Shown one piece after another: positions 39,627 through 50,136 of a stretch of DNA of 64,000 bases. The stretch covers positions 14,610 to 78,609 of the forward strand of contig JBDHXV010000005.1 of assembly GCA_039810885.1 (NCBI GenBank). Reading direction: 5' to 3'. The translations under genes and the position numbers were made by a program. The stretch's first letter is position 1; every line of letters begins with the position of its first letter. Below the pieces are notes generated by a model. It searched no databases. It saw only the letters and a list, made by a program, of their open reading frames with translations, and had not been told where the DNA came from. This stretch comes from Chitinophagales bacterium. Its GTDB lineage: Bacteria > Bacteroidota > Bacteroidia > Chitinophagales > UBA10324.

Positions 39627-42600
39627 ATGAATAGACTTCGACCATCCCTTCTTTTATTCAGCATCTTATTATTATTACATATTGCAAGTATCTGTGCACA
39701 ACCGCTTACTTTCCGCCACTATGGAGTTTCCGAAGGGTTGTCGAGTAACACGATTTACTGTACAGCACAAGATCAATTTGGGTTTATGTGGTTTGGTACA
39801 GAAGATGGGCTGAATAAATTCGACGGATACTCGTTTCATCATTTTGAATATAATCCAACCGATACTACGACCATCCCGAACAATGTTATCAGAGCATTAC
39901 TGGTAGATTCAGAAAATAATTTATGGGTAGGCACAGACGAAGGCTTATGTGTGTTTAATCAAGTACATGGAAAATTCACACGTTTCCATACAGATACTGC
40001 ATCAGAAAGTAAGATTAGCAACAACCATATCACATCACTTGCAGAATATGGAGACAATATTTTTATCGGCACCAATGGGGGAGGAGTGAATATTTATAAT
40101 AAGCAGACTAAGCAACTTATTCGTTTAAACCGTAATGAAAAAATCCCATTAGGACAATTTATTACCGCCTTGGCAACAGATGCGAACGGAAACCTATGGA
40201 TTGGTAGTAGCGGCAGAGGATTGATTCGTTACAATATCGATCAAAAGAAATCAATCTTTTATGCCTCAAATCCTGCGGATAGAAATTCAATAAGTGAAAA
40301 TTATATTGCGTCTATTTATGTTTCCAAAAAAAGTAACACAGTATGGGTGGGCACCTTAAACGGAGGATTGAATAAGTTAGACCCAACAACAGGGCAGTTT
40401 ACAATCTTTAACAACGAGGCAGGGAATGACGCATCGCTCAGTCAAAATAGCGTTTTCAGTATAGCAGAAGATAATTTCGGCGCCTTATGGGTCGGCACAT
40501 TAGGAGGCGGATTAAATGTGATGAATACAGCAACGGGGCGATTTATGCGCTATCAGAATAGCCCGAATAACCCTTCTTCCTTAACAAACAATACGGTATG
40601 GAGTGTTATGATTGAACGCTCCGGCACCTTATGGATTGGCACTACATACGGACTAAACACGTATGACCGCAGCCAAATAAAATTCAGAACAACAACAATT
40701 GAAGAATCGCTAAACAGTAATGTCTTTGCTGTTTGTAGCGGAGAAGAACAATCCTTATGGGTTGGGATTATGGGAAATGGCTTAGCACATTTGAATAAAT
40801 TTCACCATAACACAAAAACCTATCGGGTAGCGGATGGGTTACCGTCAGAGTATGTTACCGCACTGTGCTTAAACACGCAGAACGTGTTATTTGTTGGCAC
40901 AAATGAGGGCACTGCAATCCTATCGGACGCTTCTCAAAAGTTGTTACCACTAAAGCTGCCTGGCGCCTCCAAAGCCTATATCACCACCATCTTTGAAGAT
41001 TCGAATAAAACAATATGGATTGGAACAATGGGGTTTGGGGTATATCGAGTTAAGTCAGCCTTATTAACGGGTTCAATAACGGCTGAGAAAGTTCAAGGTA
41101 TTAACAATAATTGGATTACCTCTTTTGCCGAAGATGCCTCTGGCAATATTTGGATAGGAACACGTGGCGGAGGAGTGAATATTTTGAAAAAAGATGCAGC
41201 TATTCAAGTATTACAATATAGCACTGATAACGAAAGTGTTTCATCAAATTATGTGAATTGCCTGCACTTCAGTAAATCGGGATTTATGTATGTAGGCACC
41301 TATGGCGGAGGATTAAACGCAACATCTTCTGCGGGAGCATTCACGTTCAAAAGATTCACCGAACAAGATGGATTACCGGATAATGTTATTCTTGCCATTA
41401 CATCTGATGCGAATGGAGATATTTGGTTCAGTACAGGAAATGGAATTAGTAGTCTGAAAAGAACAGGCGATAATTATACCTTCCGAAATTTTAATGAACT
41501 CGATGGATTACAGTATAAGTACAATATCGGTTCAGTTACAAGGCAAGATGTAAACATTCTGACATTCGGAGGAGTAAGTGGACTAAGCATTTTTAACCCG
41601 GATGAGATTATTTATAACCGAAATAAACCGGCAGTCGTAATTACCAGTTTTAAACTGTTCGAGAAAGATTATCCTTTAGACTCATTGATTTCATTAAAAC
41701 GATATATTGAGTTAAGCTACAATCAAAACTTTATCTCGTTTGAATTTTCAGGATTAAATTATGTATTCCCGGATAAAAATTTATATGCGTACAAACTTGA
41801 AGGCTCAGATAAAGATTGGACTAATGCCGGAAATCGCCGATACGTCGCCTACACTAATTTAGATCCCGGAGTTTATCATTTCCGAGTAAAGGCAGCTAAT
41901 AATGATGGAATATGGAATGAAGAAGGTACTTATATTACTGTAGTTATTAAGCCCCCATTTTGGAGAACGTGGTGGTTCTATATCCTGGTTACGACGTTTG
42001 TGCTATTGAGCATTTTCGGAATATTTAATATGCGAACTCGAAACCTCCGTCGAGCAAATATCTTATTGGAACAGCGCGTAAAGGACAGAACACAACAGTT
42101 GATGAAAGAAAAAGAAAATGTAGAGAAAAAATCTGTTGAGCTTGAACAAGCTTTAAAAGATTTAACGCAAACACAGCAACAATTGATTCAATCGGAGAAG
42201 ATGGCTTCGCTGGGCCAGTTAACAGCGGGTATTGCCCATGAAATCAAGAACCCATTGAACTTTGTTAATAACTTCTCTAAAATATCACAAGAGCTAATCG
42301 AAGAATTCTTATCAAGCACGTCTAAAGAAGAACAAATTGAAATTATAAACACGCTTAAACAAAACGTATCAAAAATTAATGAACACGGCAATAGGGCTAA
42401 TAATATCGTAAGCAGCATGATGATGCATGCAGGGAAGACAGGGGTCGATAAACAAATAACAGACATTAATAAACTGTTAGATGTCACCGTCATGTTTGCG
42501 TTTCAGGGAATGCGATCAACAAAGAGTGATTTCAATTGCCAGATAAAACGAAAATTTACAAATGATCTTCCTAAGCTTGATTTAATACAACAAGATATAG

Positions 42601-42938
42601 GTCGTGTTATTTTGAACTTATTAAACAATGCCTTCTATGCGGTTAATGACAGAGATAAGAAACACGAGGATGATTATGAGCCCTTGGTTACCGTGAGTAC
42701 GGCAAAAGATGGCAATAACATTGTCATTAGTATTCGAGATAATGGAATGGGCATACCGGACGAAATCAAAGAAAAAATATTCCAACCGTTTTTTAGTACA
42801 AAGCCAACAGGTCAAGGAACCGGATTGGGATTAAGTTTAAGCTACGAAATTATTAAAGCGCATAATGGGCAGTTGCAAGTACAGTCGCAACTCGGATCTT
42901 TTACAGAATTTAGTATTATATTACCTATCAAAGTATAA
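39627..42938 (+). CDS. Sensor histidine kinase with periplasmic two-component-regulator propeller repeats and a Y_Y_Y domain
   Basis: Signal peptide from ATG 39627. Repeated ...LWVGT..GL..(Y/F) propeller blades are present. The Y_Y_Y segment is YAYKLEGSDKDWTNAGNRRYVAYTNLDPGVYHFRVKA. A TM helix (WWFYILVTTFVLLSIFGIF) and coiled coil follow. The H-box is AHEIKNPL and the ATPase carries DNGMGIP and GTGLGLS. No REC or HTH domain is present. Confidence 0.85.
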   Translation: MNRLRPSLLLFSILLLLHIASICAQPLTFRHYGVSEGLSSNTIYCTAQDQFGFMWFGTEDGLNKFDGYSFHHFEYNPTDTTTIPNNVIRALLVDSENNLWVGTDEGLCVFNQVHGKFTRFHTDTASESKISNNHITSLAEYGDNIFIGTNGGGVNIYNKQTKQLIRLNRNEKIPLGQFITALATDANGNLWIGSSGRGLIRYNIDQKKSIFYASNPADRNSISENYIASIYVSKKSNTVWVGTLNGGLNKLDPTTGQFTIFNNEAGNDASLSQNSVFSIAEDNFGALWVGTLGGGLNVMNTATGRFMRYQNSPNNPSSLTNNTVWSVMIERSGTLWIGTTYGLNTYDRSQIKFRTTTIEESLNSNVFAVCSGEEQSLWVGIMGNGLAHLNKFHHNTKTYRVADGLPSEYVTALCLNTQNVLFVGTNEGTAILSDASQKLLPLKLPGASKAYITTIFEDSNKTIWIGTMGFGVYRVKSALLTGSITAEKVQGINNNWITSFAEDASGNIWIGTRGGGVNILKKDAAIQVLQYSTDNESVSSNYVNCLHFSKSGFMYVGTYGGGLNATSSAGAFTFKRFTEQDGLPDNVILAITSDANGDIWFSTGNGISSLKRTGDNYTFRNFNELDGLQYKYNIGSVTRQDVNILTFGGVSGLSIFNPDEIIYNRNKPAVVITSFKLFEKDYPLDSLISLKRYIELSYNQNFISFEFSGLNYVFPDKNLYAYKLEGSDKDWTNAGNRRYVAYTNLDPGVYHFRVKAANNDGIWNEEGTYITVVIKPPFWRTWWFYILVTTFVLLSIFGIFNMRTRNLRRANILLEQRVKDRTQQLMKEKENVEKKSVELEQALKDLTQTQQQLIQSEKMASLGQLTAGIAHEIKNPLNFVNNFSKISQELIEEFLSSTSKEEQIEIINTLKQNVSKINEHGNRANNIVSSMMMHAGKTGVDKQITDINKLLDVTVMFAFQGMRSTKSDFNCQIKRKFTNDLPKLDLIQQDIGRVILNLLNNAFYAVNDRDKKHEDDYEPLVTVSTAKDGNNIVISIRDNGMGIPDEIKEKIFQPFFSTKPTGQGTGLGLSLSYEIIKAHNGQLQVQSQLGSFTEFSIILPIKV

Positions 42939-42962
42939 CCATCTTATTTAATCAATAGCACT

Positions 42963-44537
42963 ATGCCTGAGAAAATACTTATAGTTGATGATGAGCCGGA
43001 TGTGGAACTTCTGGTTACCCAACAATTTCGTCGTCAAATACGAAACGGAGAATATGAATTTGTCTTTGCCAATAATGGAGTGGCAGCATTGGAAGTATTA
43101 CAATCCAACAGTGACATAGGCTTAATCATGACGGATATTAATATGCCCGATATGGATGGATTAACCTTACTATCTCATATCAAAGAAATTCCACGCAACA
43201 TCAAAGTCGTTGTCGTTTCTGCTTACAACGATATGGGTAATATTCGCACAGCAATGAACCGCGGTGCATTCGACTTTTTAACAAAGCCAATTGATTTCTC
43301 CGATTTTGATCAAACATTGGAAAAAACACTTGATGAAGTTACATTTATAAAACAAGCCTTAAAGAATGCAGAACAGTTAGAAGTAGAACGCATGGAACGA
43401 ACTCGTGCAGAAGAGCGTGAAAAGATGGAACAACAATTCTTGGCAAACATGAGTCACGAAATCAGAACTCCATTGAATGCTGTTTATGGGATGACACGAT
43501 TGCTGCAACAAAAAGTAGAAGATGAAGAGCATTTGAAATATGTAAGAGGCATTCGTATGTCTTGCGAAAACCTCATTGTTATTATTAATGATATTCTTGA
43601 TTTAAGCAAAGTGAAAGCCGGTCGCATGGAGTTTGAAAATATTCCATTTAGCCCTCTTGAAATAATGCAACATCTATATAACACGTTACAACTAAAAGCA
43701 GAGGAGAAGGGCATTCTATTAAATTATACTTTTGATAAAGATGTACCGGAAGTACTTATCGGGGATCCAACGCGCTTGAGTCAAATCTTGATTAACCTTA
43801 TAGGAAATGCAATAAAATTTACAGAGAAAGGAACAGTTCATGTCTCAATTAGTGGAACATATACAGATAAGCAGAATTTTAAAATGCGTTGTGAAGTTAA
43901 GGACACGGGTATCGGTATGATGCCCGAAGTTTTAAATAAAGTGTTTGAAAAATTTACGCAGGCATCAACCGAGATTACCCGAAAATTTGGCGGAACCGGC
44001 TTAGGACTATCTATTTCTAAGAAACTGGTTGAGTCTCAGGGAGGGCGCATCGACGTGAGCAGTGAATATGGAAAAGGATCCACGTTTGTGTTTGACATTT
44101 CTTATGTTGTTGGAACGAAGACAGAAATAAGATCAGAAAAAGAACCCACGAAGGAAGAAGTTGAAAAAGTAAATGGCATGAATATATTGCTCGCTGAAGA
44201 CAACCACTTTAATCAAATTGTTGCCATGGGCTTAATTCAGTCTATTGCGAAGCAAGCTCGTATTGATACAGCTATTAACGGAATAGAAGTAATAGATAAG
44301 CTTGCTAAGGAGCAATATGATGTGATTATTATGGATATTCAAATGCCGGATATGGATGGCATTGAAGCAACACAGAAAATTCGGGAATCGGGCAATCAAA
44401 TTCCAATAGTGGTGATGACTGCAGGAGTTACTTCTACAGAATTAGATACTGCGATGAGTGCGGGGGCTAACGACTTTATCCCCAAACCTTTTGAACCCGG
44501 TATTCTGATTCAAAAATTAGCTAAGGCTGTAAAGTAA
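42963..44537 (+). CDS. Hybrid histidine kinase, REC-HisKA-HATPase-REC architecture
   Basis: REC1 (ILIVDDEP...MTDINMPDMDG...TKP), H-box MSHEIRTPLN, ATPase DTGIGM and GGTGLGLSI, and REC2 (ILLAEDN...IMDIQMPDMDG...PKP). Confidence 0.85.
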   Translation: MPEKILIVDDEPDVELLVTQQFRRQIRNGEYEFVFANNGVAALEVLQSNSDIGLIMTDINMPDMDGLTLLSHIKEIPRNIKVVVVSAYNDMGNIRTAMNRGAFDFLTKPIDFSDFDQTLEKTLDEVTFIKQALKNAEQLEVERMERTRAEEREKMEQQFLANMSHEIRTPLNAVYGMTRLLQQKVEDEEHLKYVRGIRMSCENLIVIINDILDLSKVKAGRMEFENIPFSPLEIMQHLYNTLQLKAEEKGILLNYTFDKDVPEVLIGDPTRLSQILINLIGNAIKFTEKGTVHVSISGTYTDKQNFKMRCEVKDTGIGMMPEVLNKVFEKFTQASTEITRKFGGTGLGLSISKKLVESQGGRIDVSSEYGKGSTFVFDISYVVGTKTEIRSEKEPTKEEVEKVNGMNILLAEDNHFNQIVAMGLIQSIAKQARIDTAINGIEVIDKLAKEQYDVIIMDIQMPDMDGIEATQKIRESGNQIPIVVMTAGVTSTELDTAMSAGANDFIPKPFEPGILIQKLAKAVK

Positions 44538-45467
44538 TTATTGCTTTAAAGCAAGCAATGCATTTTGCTTGTCTTTGTGTAGCTGTTCTTTTAGTTGTTC
44601 TATTGAATTAAATTTCATCTCATTTCGTATTCGTGCAATACAAAAAACCTGTAACGATTCGCCGTAGATTTCTTGATTAAAATCAAAAAGATTAACCTCA
44701 ATAACTTCATGCGTTCCATCTACTGTTGGACGTATACCGATATTCATCATTCCTTGATATTGTTTATTGTTTAATAACACTTCAACGGCATAAACTCCAC
44801 GTGCAGGGATTAGTTTTTTATTGTCATTCAACTGCAAATTAGCGGTTGGATAGCCAATGGTGCGCCCACGCTGATCCCCTTTAACAACATGTCCACGAAA
44901 GGAATATGCTCTTCCTAATAATTCATTTGCGGTTGTTATATCACCTTCAAGGAGTGCGATGCGTATGCGTGTTGAACTGACTTCAATATCATTGATAAGT
45001 TGCTTGTGAATTTCGATAACATCGTAGTTATAGATAGAAGCATATTTCATCAATAATTCAATATTACCATCGCGATGATGACCGAATTGATGATTGTATC
45101 CAAGCACAATCGCCGAAGGATAAAATAATTTGACTAAAAAATTTTCGAGATACTCGCGAGCATTGAGACCAGAAAAACTCCTTGTGAAAGGAGCTATAAC
45201 AATATGATGAACACCTGCTCTTTCTATTAATTCCGTTTTCTCATCAGTAGTCGTCAATAATTTTAATGTTGTGTTGTCCGGTTGTAAAATTGTTCGCGGG
45301 TGAGGCTCGAAACTGATTAATACACTTTCTCCGTTTCGTTTTTTTGACTCATCTATTATTTGTTGAATTAGAATGATATGTCCTTTGTGAACACCATCAA
45401 ACGTCCCGACTGTTATTACTGCATTTTTAAATGTGGGCAGGTTATTCAGATTTCGGTAAACTGGCAT
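44538..45467 (-). CDS. ribF: Bifunctional riboflavin kinase / FMN adenylyltransferase
   Basis: 309 aa with GTFDGVHKGH, and a C-terminal riboflavin kinase carrying GYPTANL and a PTVDG..EV.LFDF-type motif. Confidence 0.9.
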   Translation of the reverse strand: MPVYRNLNNLPTFKNAVITVGTFDGVHKGHIILIQQIIDESKKRNGESVLISFEPHPRTILQPDNTTLKLLTTTDEKTELIERAGVHHIVIAPFTRSFSGLNAREYLENFLVKLFYPSAIVLGYNHQFGHHRDGNIELLMKYASIYNYDVIEIHKQLINDIEVSSTRIRIALLEGDITTANELLGRAYSFRGHVVKGDQRGRTIGYPTANLQLNDNKKLIPARGVYAVEVLLNNKQYQGMMNIGIRPTVDGTHEVIEVNLFDFNQEIYGESLQVFCIARIRNEMKFNSIEQLKEQLHKDKQNALLALKQ

Positions 45468-46149
45468 AGTGTTCTTTTCTCAAATTCTTAATATGTTGTA
45501 CAAAGTCATCAATTTGCCATGCTTCCTCAATACGATGTTCCCCGATACGGGTACGGCGCAGTGCGCTTAAATAGGCTCCACTGTTTAAAGCCTTTCCAAA
45601 ATCATGAGCTAAAGAGCGCACGTAAAAGCCCTTCCCACACACAATTCGAAAATCAATCTCCGGCATGCGCACGGCAATTATTTCAAATTCATATAGTCTA
45701 ACACGGGCAGTACGAATTTCAAATATTTCACCCGATCGGGCTAATTCATAATAACGTTTTCCTTCGTGCTTCTTTGCAGAAAATGCAGGAGGAGCTTGAT
45801 TTACTTCACCAATAAATGATTGACTTGTTTTACGAATTAAAGCATCGGTAATTTGAATGGTTTCGTATGTCTCATTCACCTCAGTTTCCAAATCATAAGA
45901 CGGTGTTGTAGCACCGAGAGTGAATGTTCCGGTATATTCTTTTTGTTCAGCTTGTATTAAGCTGCATTGTTTGGTTGCTTTACCGGTGCAGAGGATTAAA
46001 AGCCCCGATGCCAAGGGATCTAAAGTTCCGCAATGACCGATTTTAGTATGTAATAAAAATTTTACCTTTTTGACCAAGTCATTTGACGTCCACTTATAAG
46101 GCTTATCAAATAGCAGTACTTTACCTTCATCATATTCCTTAAATCTCAT
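45442..46149 (-). CDS. truB: tRNA pseudouridine(55) synthase
   Basis: 235 aa. The catalytic Asp motif is [13 protein letters not shown]. The gene overlaps uppP by 4 nt. Confidence 0.9.
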   Translation of the reverse strand: MRFKEYDEGKVLLFDKPYKWTSNDLVKKVKFLLHTKIGHCGTLDPLASGLLILCTGKATKQCSLIQAEQKEYTGTFTLGATTPSYDLETEVNETYETIQITDALIRKTSQSFIGEVNQAPPAFSAKKHEGKRYYELARSGEIFEIRTARVRLYEFEIIAVRMPEIDFRIVCGKGFYVRSLAHDFGKALNSGAYLSALRRTRIGEHRIEEAWQIDDFVQHIKNLRKEHYASLPKSE

Positions 46150-46928
46150 ATTAAATGCAAATTAACACCAAGAGCAAGAGCTGTCAAAATTGCAAGCCCA
46201 ATGATAATTCTGTAAATGCCAAACCAGAAGAATCCATATCGAGTAAGAATAGAGATAAAGGTTTTAATAGCTCCCATTGCCACAAAGAAAGCAACAACAT
46301 TTCCTATTAACAGGAGGGTTATATTGTCTGACGTGATGAGTCGGTAATTATCTAACAAATCGAAGGCTGTGGCAGCAAACATAGTAGGCACTGCCAAAAA
46401 GAATGAAAATTCTGCGGCCTGTTTGCGACTTAATCCCCGTGACATGCCGCCTATAATTGTTGCTGCAGAACGAGATACTCCCGGAATCATAGCGAGTACT
46501 TGGAAACATCCGATTATAAAGGCATTGGGGAATGTAATGAGTCGGTCATCTTTCGCATTATCTCTAAAAATTTTGTCTATAAATAATAAGATGATACCGC
46601 CAAGAAGCAGCGTAAGACCAACAGTAAATACACTTTCTAATAATTGGTCAATCACATGTTTTAATAGCAAGCCTGCAATGGCAGCCGGAATAAATGCAAC
46701 GAACAGCTTATAATAAAAATCCATACTACGGAAGAAACGTTTAAAGTACAATACAACCACAGCGAGTATAGCCCCAAACTGAATGCACACATTAAAAAGT
46801 TTAACTACTTCATTGGTTTCGATACCCATCAAGGCGCTGGTAATAATCATGTGACCTGTAGAGGACACGGGAAGGAATTCGGTAATACCTTCAACGAGGG
46901 CAATTAGAATTGCCTGTAAAATAGACAT
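46146..46928 (-). CDS. uppP: Undecaprenyl-diphosphate phosphatase
   Basis: 260 aa, polytopic, with BacA motifs [10 protein letters not shown] and [10 protein letters not shown]. Confidence 0.9.
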   Translation of the reverse strand: MSILQAILIALVEGITEFLPVSSTGHMIITSALMGIETNEVVKLFNVCIQFGAILAVVVLYFKRFFRSMDFYYKLFVAFIPAAIAGLLLKHVIDQLLESVFTVGLTLLLGGIILLFIDKIFRDNAKDDRLITFPNAFIIGCFQVLAMIPGVSRSAATIIGGMSRGLSRKQAAEFSFFLAVPTMFAATAFDLLDNYRLITSDNITLLLIGNVVAFFVAMGAIKTFISILTRYGFFWFGIYRIIIGLAILTALALGVNLHLI

Positions 46929-46942
46929 ACGTTAAAATGGAT

Positions 46943-48004
46943 TTAAGGATTTTTTTTGTCGCTTTGTTTATTATGTTCATCAATCCCGGCATCGTGTCGC
47001 TCTGCATCTTTATCGTATGCCTTGATGATTTGCTTTACAAGCCTATGACGAACCACATCATGATCGGTAAGGAAAATATGTGCAATGCCCGGAATATTTT
47101 TTAGAATGTTTAGACCTTTGAATAAACCGGAGCGTTGATTTTTAGGAAGATCGATTTGTGTTAAATCTCCCGTGATGATAGCTTTGGCATTAGGACCTAT
47201 ACGGGTTAAAAACATTTTCAATTGCAAGTCTGTAGTATTCTGTGCCTCATCCAGTATAATAAAGGCATGATCTAAGGTGCGCCCACGCATAAAAGCAAGC
47301 GGGGCAATTTCAATAACTCGATTTGTGATATAGTAGGCAAGCTTATCCGGAGGAATCATATCATCTAACGCATCATAAAGGGGGCGCAGGTAAGGGTCAA
47401 TCTTTTCTTTCAAATCACCGGGTAGAAATCCTAAACTTTCGCCTGCTTCAACCGCAGGTCGAGTTAAGATAATTTTCTTAATACTTTTATTTTTTAATGC
47501 TCTAACAGCGAGAGCCACAGCAGTATAAGTCTTTCCGGTGCCTGCCGGACCAATGGCAAAAAGAATATCATTTTTTTCACTCTCTTCTACCATTCGCTTT
47601 TGATTGGGTGTTCGAGCGCGTACTATAGTTCCATTGGTGCCGTAAACAATTACATCGCCCGAAGGAGGCAGAAACTCCTTATCTTCTGCTTCTATATCTT
47701 CACCCAATAAGTCTTCTGCATGCTTATCGCTCAATCGACCGAAGCGCTCAACATATTGAATCATCATATTTACTTTATCTTGTAGTTGTTCCAGCTCGTG
47801 GTGGCTCCCTTCGGCTTTTATCACATTACCTCTTGAAACTATTTTCAGCTTAGGAAAAGCCTTCTTTAAAATAGTCAATCTTGAATTGTTGACGCCTAGA
47901 AAATCGATAGGGTCAATACTATCTATGCTTATCGTAAGTTCTGTCAATTTTTGGCTTATTTTGATGAGGAAAAAATAACAAATAATTATTGCGAGAATGA
48001 ACAT
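46943..48004 (-). CDS. phoH: PhoH-family ATPase
   Basis: Walker [10 protein letters not shown], plus ILDEAQN and [11 protein letters not shown]. The 5' end is uncertain: GTG 48016, ATG 48004 or TTG 47947. The last would give the family-typical N-terminus [15 protein letters not shown]. Confidence 0.8.
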   Translation of the reverse strand: MFILAIIICYFFLIKISQKLTELTISIDSIDPIDFLGVNNSRLTILKKAFPKLKIVSRGNVIKAEGSHHELEQLQDKVNMMIQYVERFGRLSDKHAEDLLGEDIEAEDKEFLPPSGDVIVYGTNGTIVRARTPNQKRMVEESEKNDILFAIGPAGTGKTYTAVALAVRALKNKSIKKIILTRPAVEAGESLGFLPGDLKEKIDPYLRPLYDALDDMIPPDKLAYYITNRVIEIAPLAFMRGRTLDHAFIILDEAQNTTDLQLKMFLTRIGPNAKAIITGDLTQIDLPKNQRSGLFKGLNILKNIPGIAHIFLTDHDVVRHRLVKQIIKAYDKDAERHDAGIDEHNKQSDKKNP

Positions 48005-48773
48005 TGTTACCCTCACTACAGACTATGGTTGCAAAGATTATTACGCAGGGGCATTAAAATCAAAGCTCTTACAGACTTCTGACAATATCCGCATTGTGGA
48101 TATCACCCACGAAATACAACCATTTCATTTTGGAATGGCAGCATTTCAGGTACGCAATGCTCTTCGTTTTTTTTCTGCTGGGGCAATTCATTTTATTGAT
48201 GTTGCATTCTCTTTTGATGAGATCCACCCATACCTCATTATGTTATATAAAGACCAGTATATCATCTCGCATGATAAAGGTGTTTTTTCGATAATTCTAG
48301 ACGGAGATCAACCACAAAAATTATATCGTATTTATACGATTGATTATGTGAAGCACCCATCTTTCCCGGCGATTGATATTTTCCCTCAAGTATTAAAAGC
48401 AATAGTAAACAATAGCATTGAAACGGTTGCAGAGACTTTTGACAAAATCCAACATTCAGAAACGATTAAACCCACAATATATGACAACATGATACGTGCA
48501 GGAATCCTGAACATAGATCGTTATGAGAATATTATCTTAAATATTAAATACAAAGAATTTGAAGAGTATCGCAACGGACGTAATTTCGTTATAAATATTA
48601 GACGTTCCGTCATTATAGACCACATGTATCAGACCTATGAAGAAGTGAAACTACGGGACCCTATTATTTTTTGCAATGCAAATGATTATTTGGAAATAGC
48701 CTTGAATGAGGCAAATCTTGCAGGCCTTATCGGAGCGGAATTGAATAATACGATTCAAATAGACTTTCTATGA
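47997..48773 (+). CDS. SAM hydroxide adenosyltransferase family protein (DUF62; fluorinase/chlorinase superfamily)
   Basis: The N-terminal [19 protein letters not shown] signature is present, and the protein is ~258 aa. Confidence 0.75.
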   Translation: MNIVTLTTDYGCKDYYAGALKSKLLQTSDNIRIVDITHEIQPFHFGMAAFQVRNALRFFSAGAIHFIDVAFSFDEIHPYLIMLYKDQYIISHDKGVFSIILDGDQPQKLYRIYTIDYVKHPSFPAIDIFPQVLKAIVNNSIETVAETFDKIQHSETIKPTIYDNMIRAGILNIDRYENIILNIKYKEFEEYRNGRNFVINIRRSVIIDHMYQTYEEVKLRDPIIFCNANDYLEIALNEANLAGLIGAELNNTIQIDFL

Positions 48774-49060
48774 TAGTTCGTATTGTGAAAATGAAATTTA
48801 AGCATGAACATATTGAAGAGTTTCAAAAATTATTTGTTGAATTATATCCGGTGATCAGCACCTTCGAAGGCTGCAATCATCTGAGCTTGTTGCAAGATGT
48901 TGCCGACCCCGGCTCGATGATGACCTATAGTATATGGAAGAATGAAGAATCGCTAAATCGATACCGCTTTTCTGAATTCTTTAAACAGACGTGGTCGCGC
49001 ACAAAAGTGTTATTTGATGATAGACCCATGGCAATAAGCCTACACAAGCTCTATCCATAA
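48770..49060 (+). CDS. ABM-domain (antibiotic biosynthesis monooxygenase-like) small protein
   Basis: 96 aa with a ferredoxin-like ABM pattern (VKMKF...F...SIWKNEESLNRYRFSEFF). The start overlaps the upstream stop in an ATGA arrangement. Confidence 0.55.
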   Translation: MIVRIVKMKFKHEHIEEFQKLFVELYPVISTFEGCNHLSLLQDVADPGSMMTYSIWKNEESLNRYRFSEFFKQTWSRTKVLFDDRPMAISLHKLYP

Positions 49061-49071
49061 ATCAAACCTTC

Positions 49072-50136
49072 ATGGAAACATATCGTTATCAAGCTGTAAC
49101 AATTCTAATTGATAAAAGCGAAGAACAGTTGATCAATTGGATCCGGGCAAATCAATTCAGCCGCTATATACTCCTCACGGATAAGAACTGCTATAAAAAA
49201 GTTTGGCCATCAATTAAAAAACAATTTAGTTTTTTAAGACCTATCGAAATCATCACTATTGCTCCCGGTGAAAAAAGTAAAAACTTAACAACGGCAGAAA
49301 AAATATGGACGAAACTATCCCGTCTTAAAGCAGATAGACAAACTTTGTTCATCAACCTTGGCGGTGGCGTTGTTTGTGATTTAGGTGCTTTTGTTGCATC
49401 TGTATATAAAAGAGGCATCGCATACATAAATATTCCAACGACTCTATTGGCTATGACGGATGCCGCAATTGGGTCTAAGACGGCTCTTGATTTGAATGAT
49501 GAAAAAAATATTCTTGGTACGTTCTATCATCCAAAACAAGTGTGGGTAAATAGTAATCTCTTAAAAACACTCCCTTTTGATGAATGGATGAATGGCATGG
49601 CTGAGGTATTCAAACATGGAATGTGTGACTCTCAAACTCATCTCGATATCGTAATACAAGAACTGGAACACTTGAATTCAGAACTCATCATCAGGCAATC
49701 GGTGGCTTTTAAATGTGAAGTAGTTAATGAAGATTTATATGATCTTGGAAAACGTAAAGTTCTGAACCTGGGACACACAACCGGACACGCAATAGAATCC
49801 TTTTTACTCAGTAAGGGTCAAACGACAAAACATGGAATATGTGTTTTTTATGGATTAGTAACGGCTTTACTCTTATCTGTAAAATATTATGATTTCCCGT
49901 CTGAAAAAAGCACCGCGCTGATAAGGCATTTGAAACGTTATTGTCCTATTTTACCCTTGCGGTCAAATGACATAAAGAAGATATTAAAGCTGATGCATCA
50001 GGATAAAAAAAATAATGAGGGTGAGATTAGGATGGTCTTATTAAAAGATATCGGAATACCGGTTTTGGATGTGGCGGTGAAGGAAAAAGAGATTGTTGAG
50101 GCCATTCGGGCAACGATTGAAATAATAAGTGTATAA
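49072..50136 (+). CDS. aroB: 3-dehydroquinate synthase
   Basis: 354 aa with GGGVVCDLGAFVAS, PTTLLAMTDAAIG and LNLGHTTGHA. Confidence 0.85.
   Translation: METYRYQAVTILIDKSEEQLINWIRANQFSRYILLTDKNCYKKVWPSIKKQFSFLRPIEIITIAPGEKSKNLTTAEKIWTKLSRLKADRQTLFINLGGGVVCDLGAFVASVYKRGIAYINIPTTLLAMTDAAIGSKTALDLNDEKNILGTFYHPKQVWVNSNLLKTLPFDEWMNGMAEVFKHGMCDSQTHLDIVIQELEHLNSELIIRQSVAFKCEVVNEDLYDLGKRKVLNLGHTTGHAIESFLLSKGQTTKHGICVFYGLVTALLLSVKYYDFPSEKSTALIRHLKRYCPILPLRSNDIKKILKLMHQDKKNNEGEIRMVLLKDIGIPVLDVAVKEKEIVEAIRATIEIISV

Noticed and set aside
47947-48016. Head-to-head overlap of phoH (GTG 48016 or ATG 48004) with the DUF62 gene start at 47997
   Set aside because: This is most likely a start-codon artefact. 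The extra residues ([15 protein letters not shown]) are AT-rich promoter DNA read as protein. A TTG at 47947 gives the usual PhoH N-terminus and removes the overlap.
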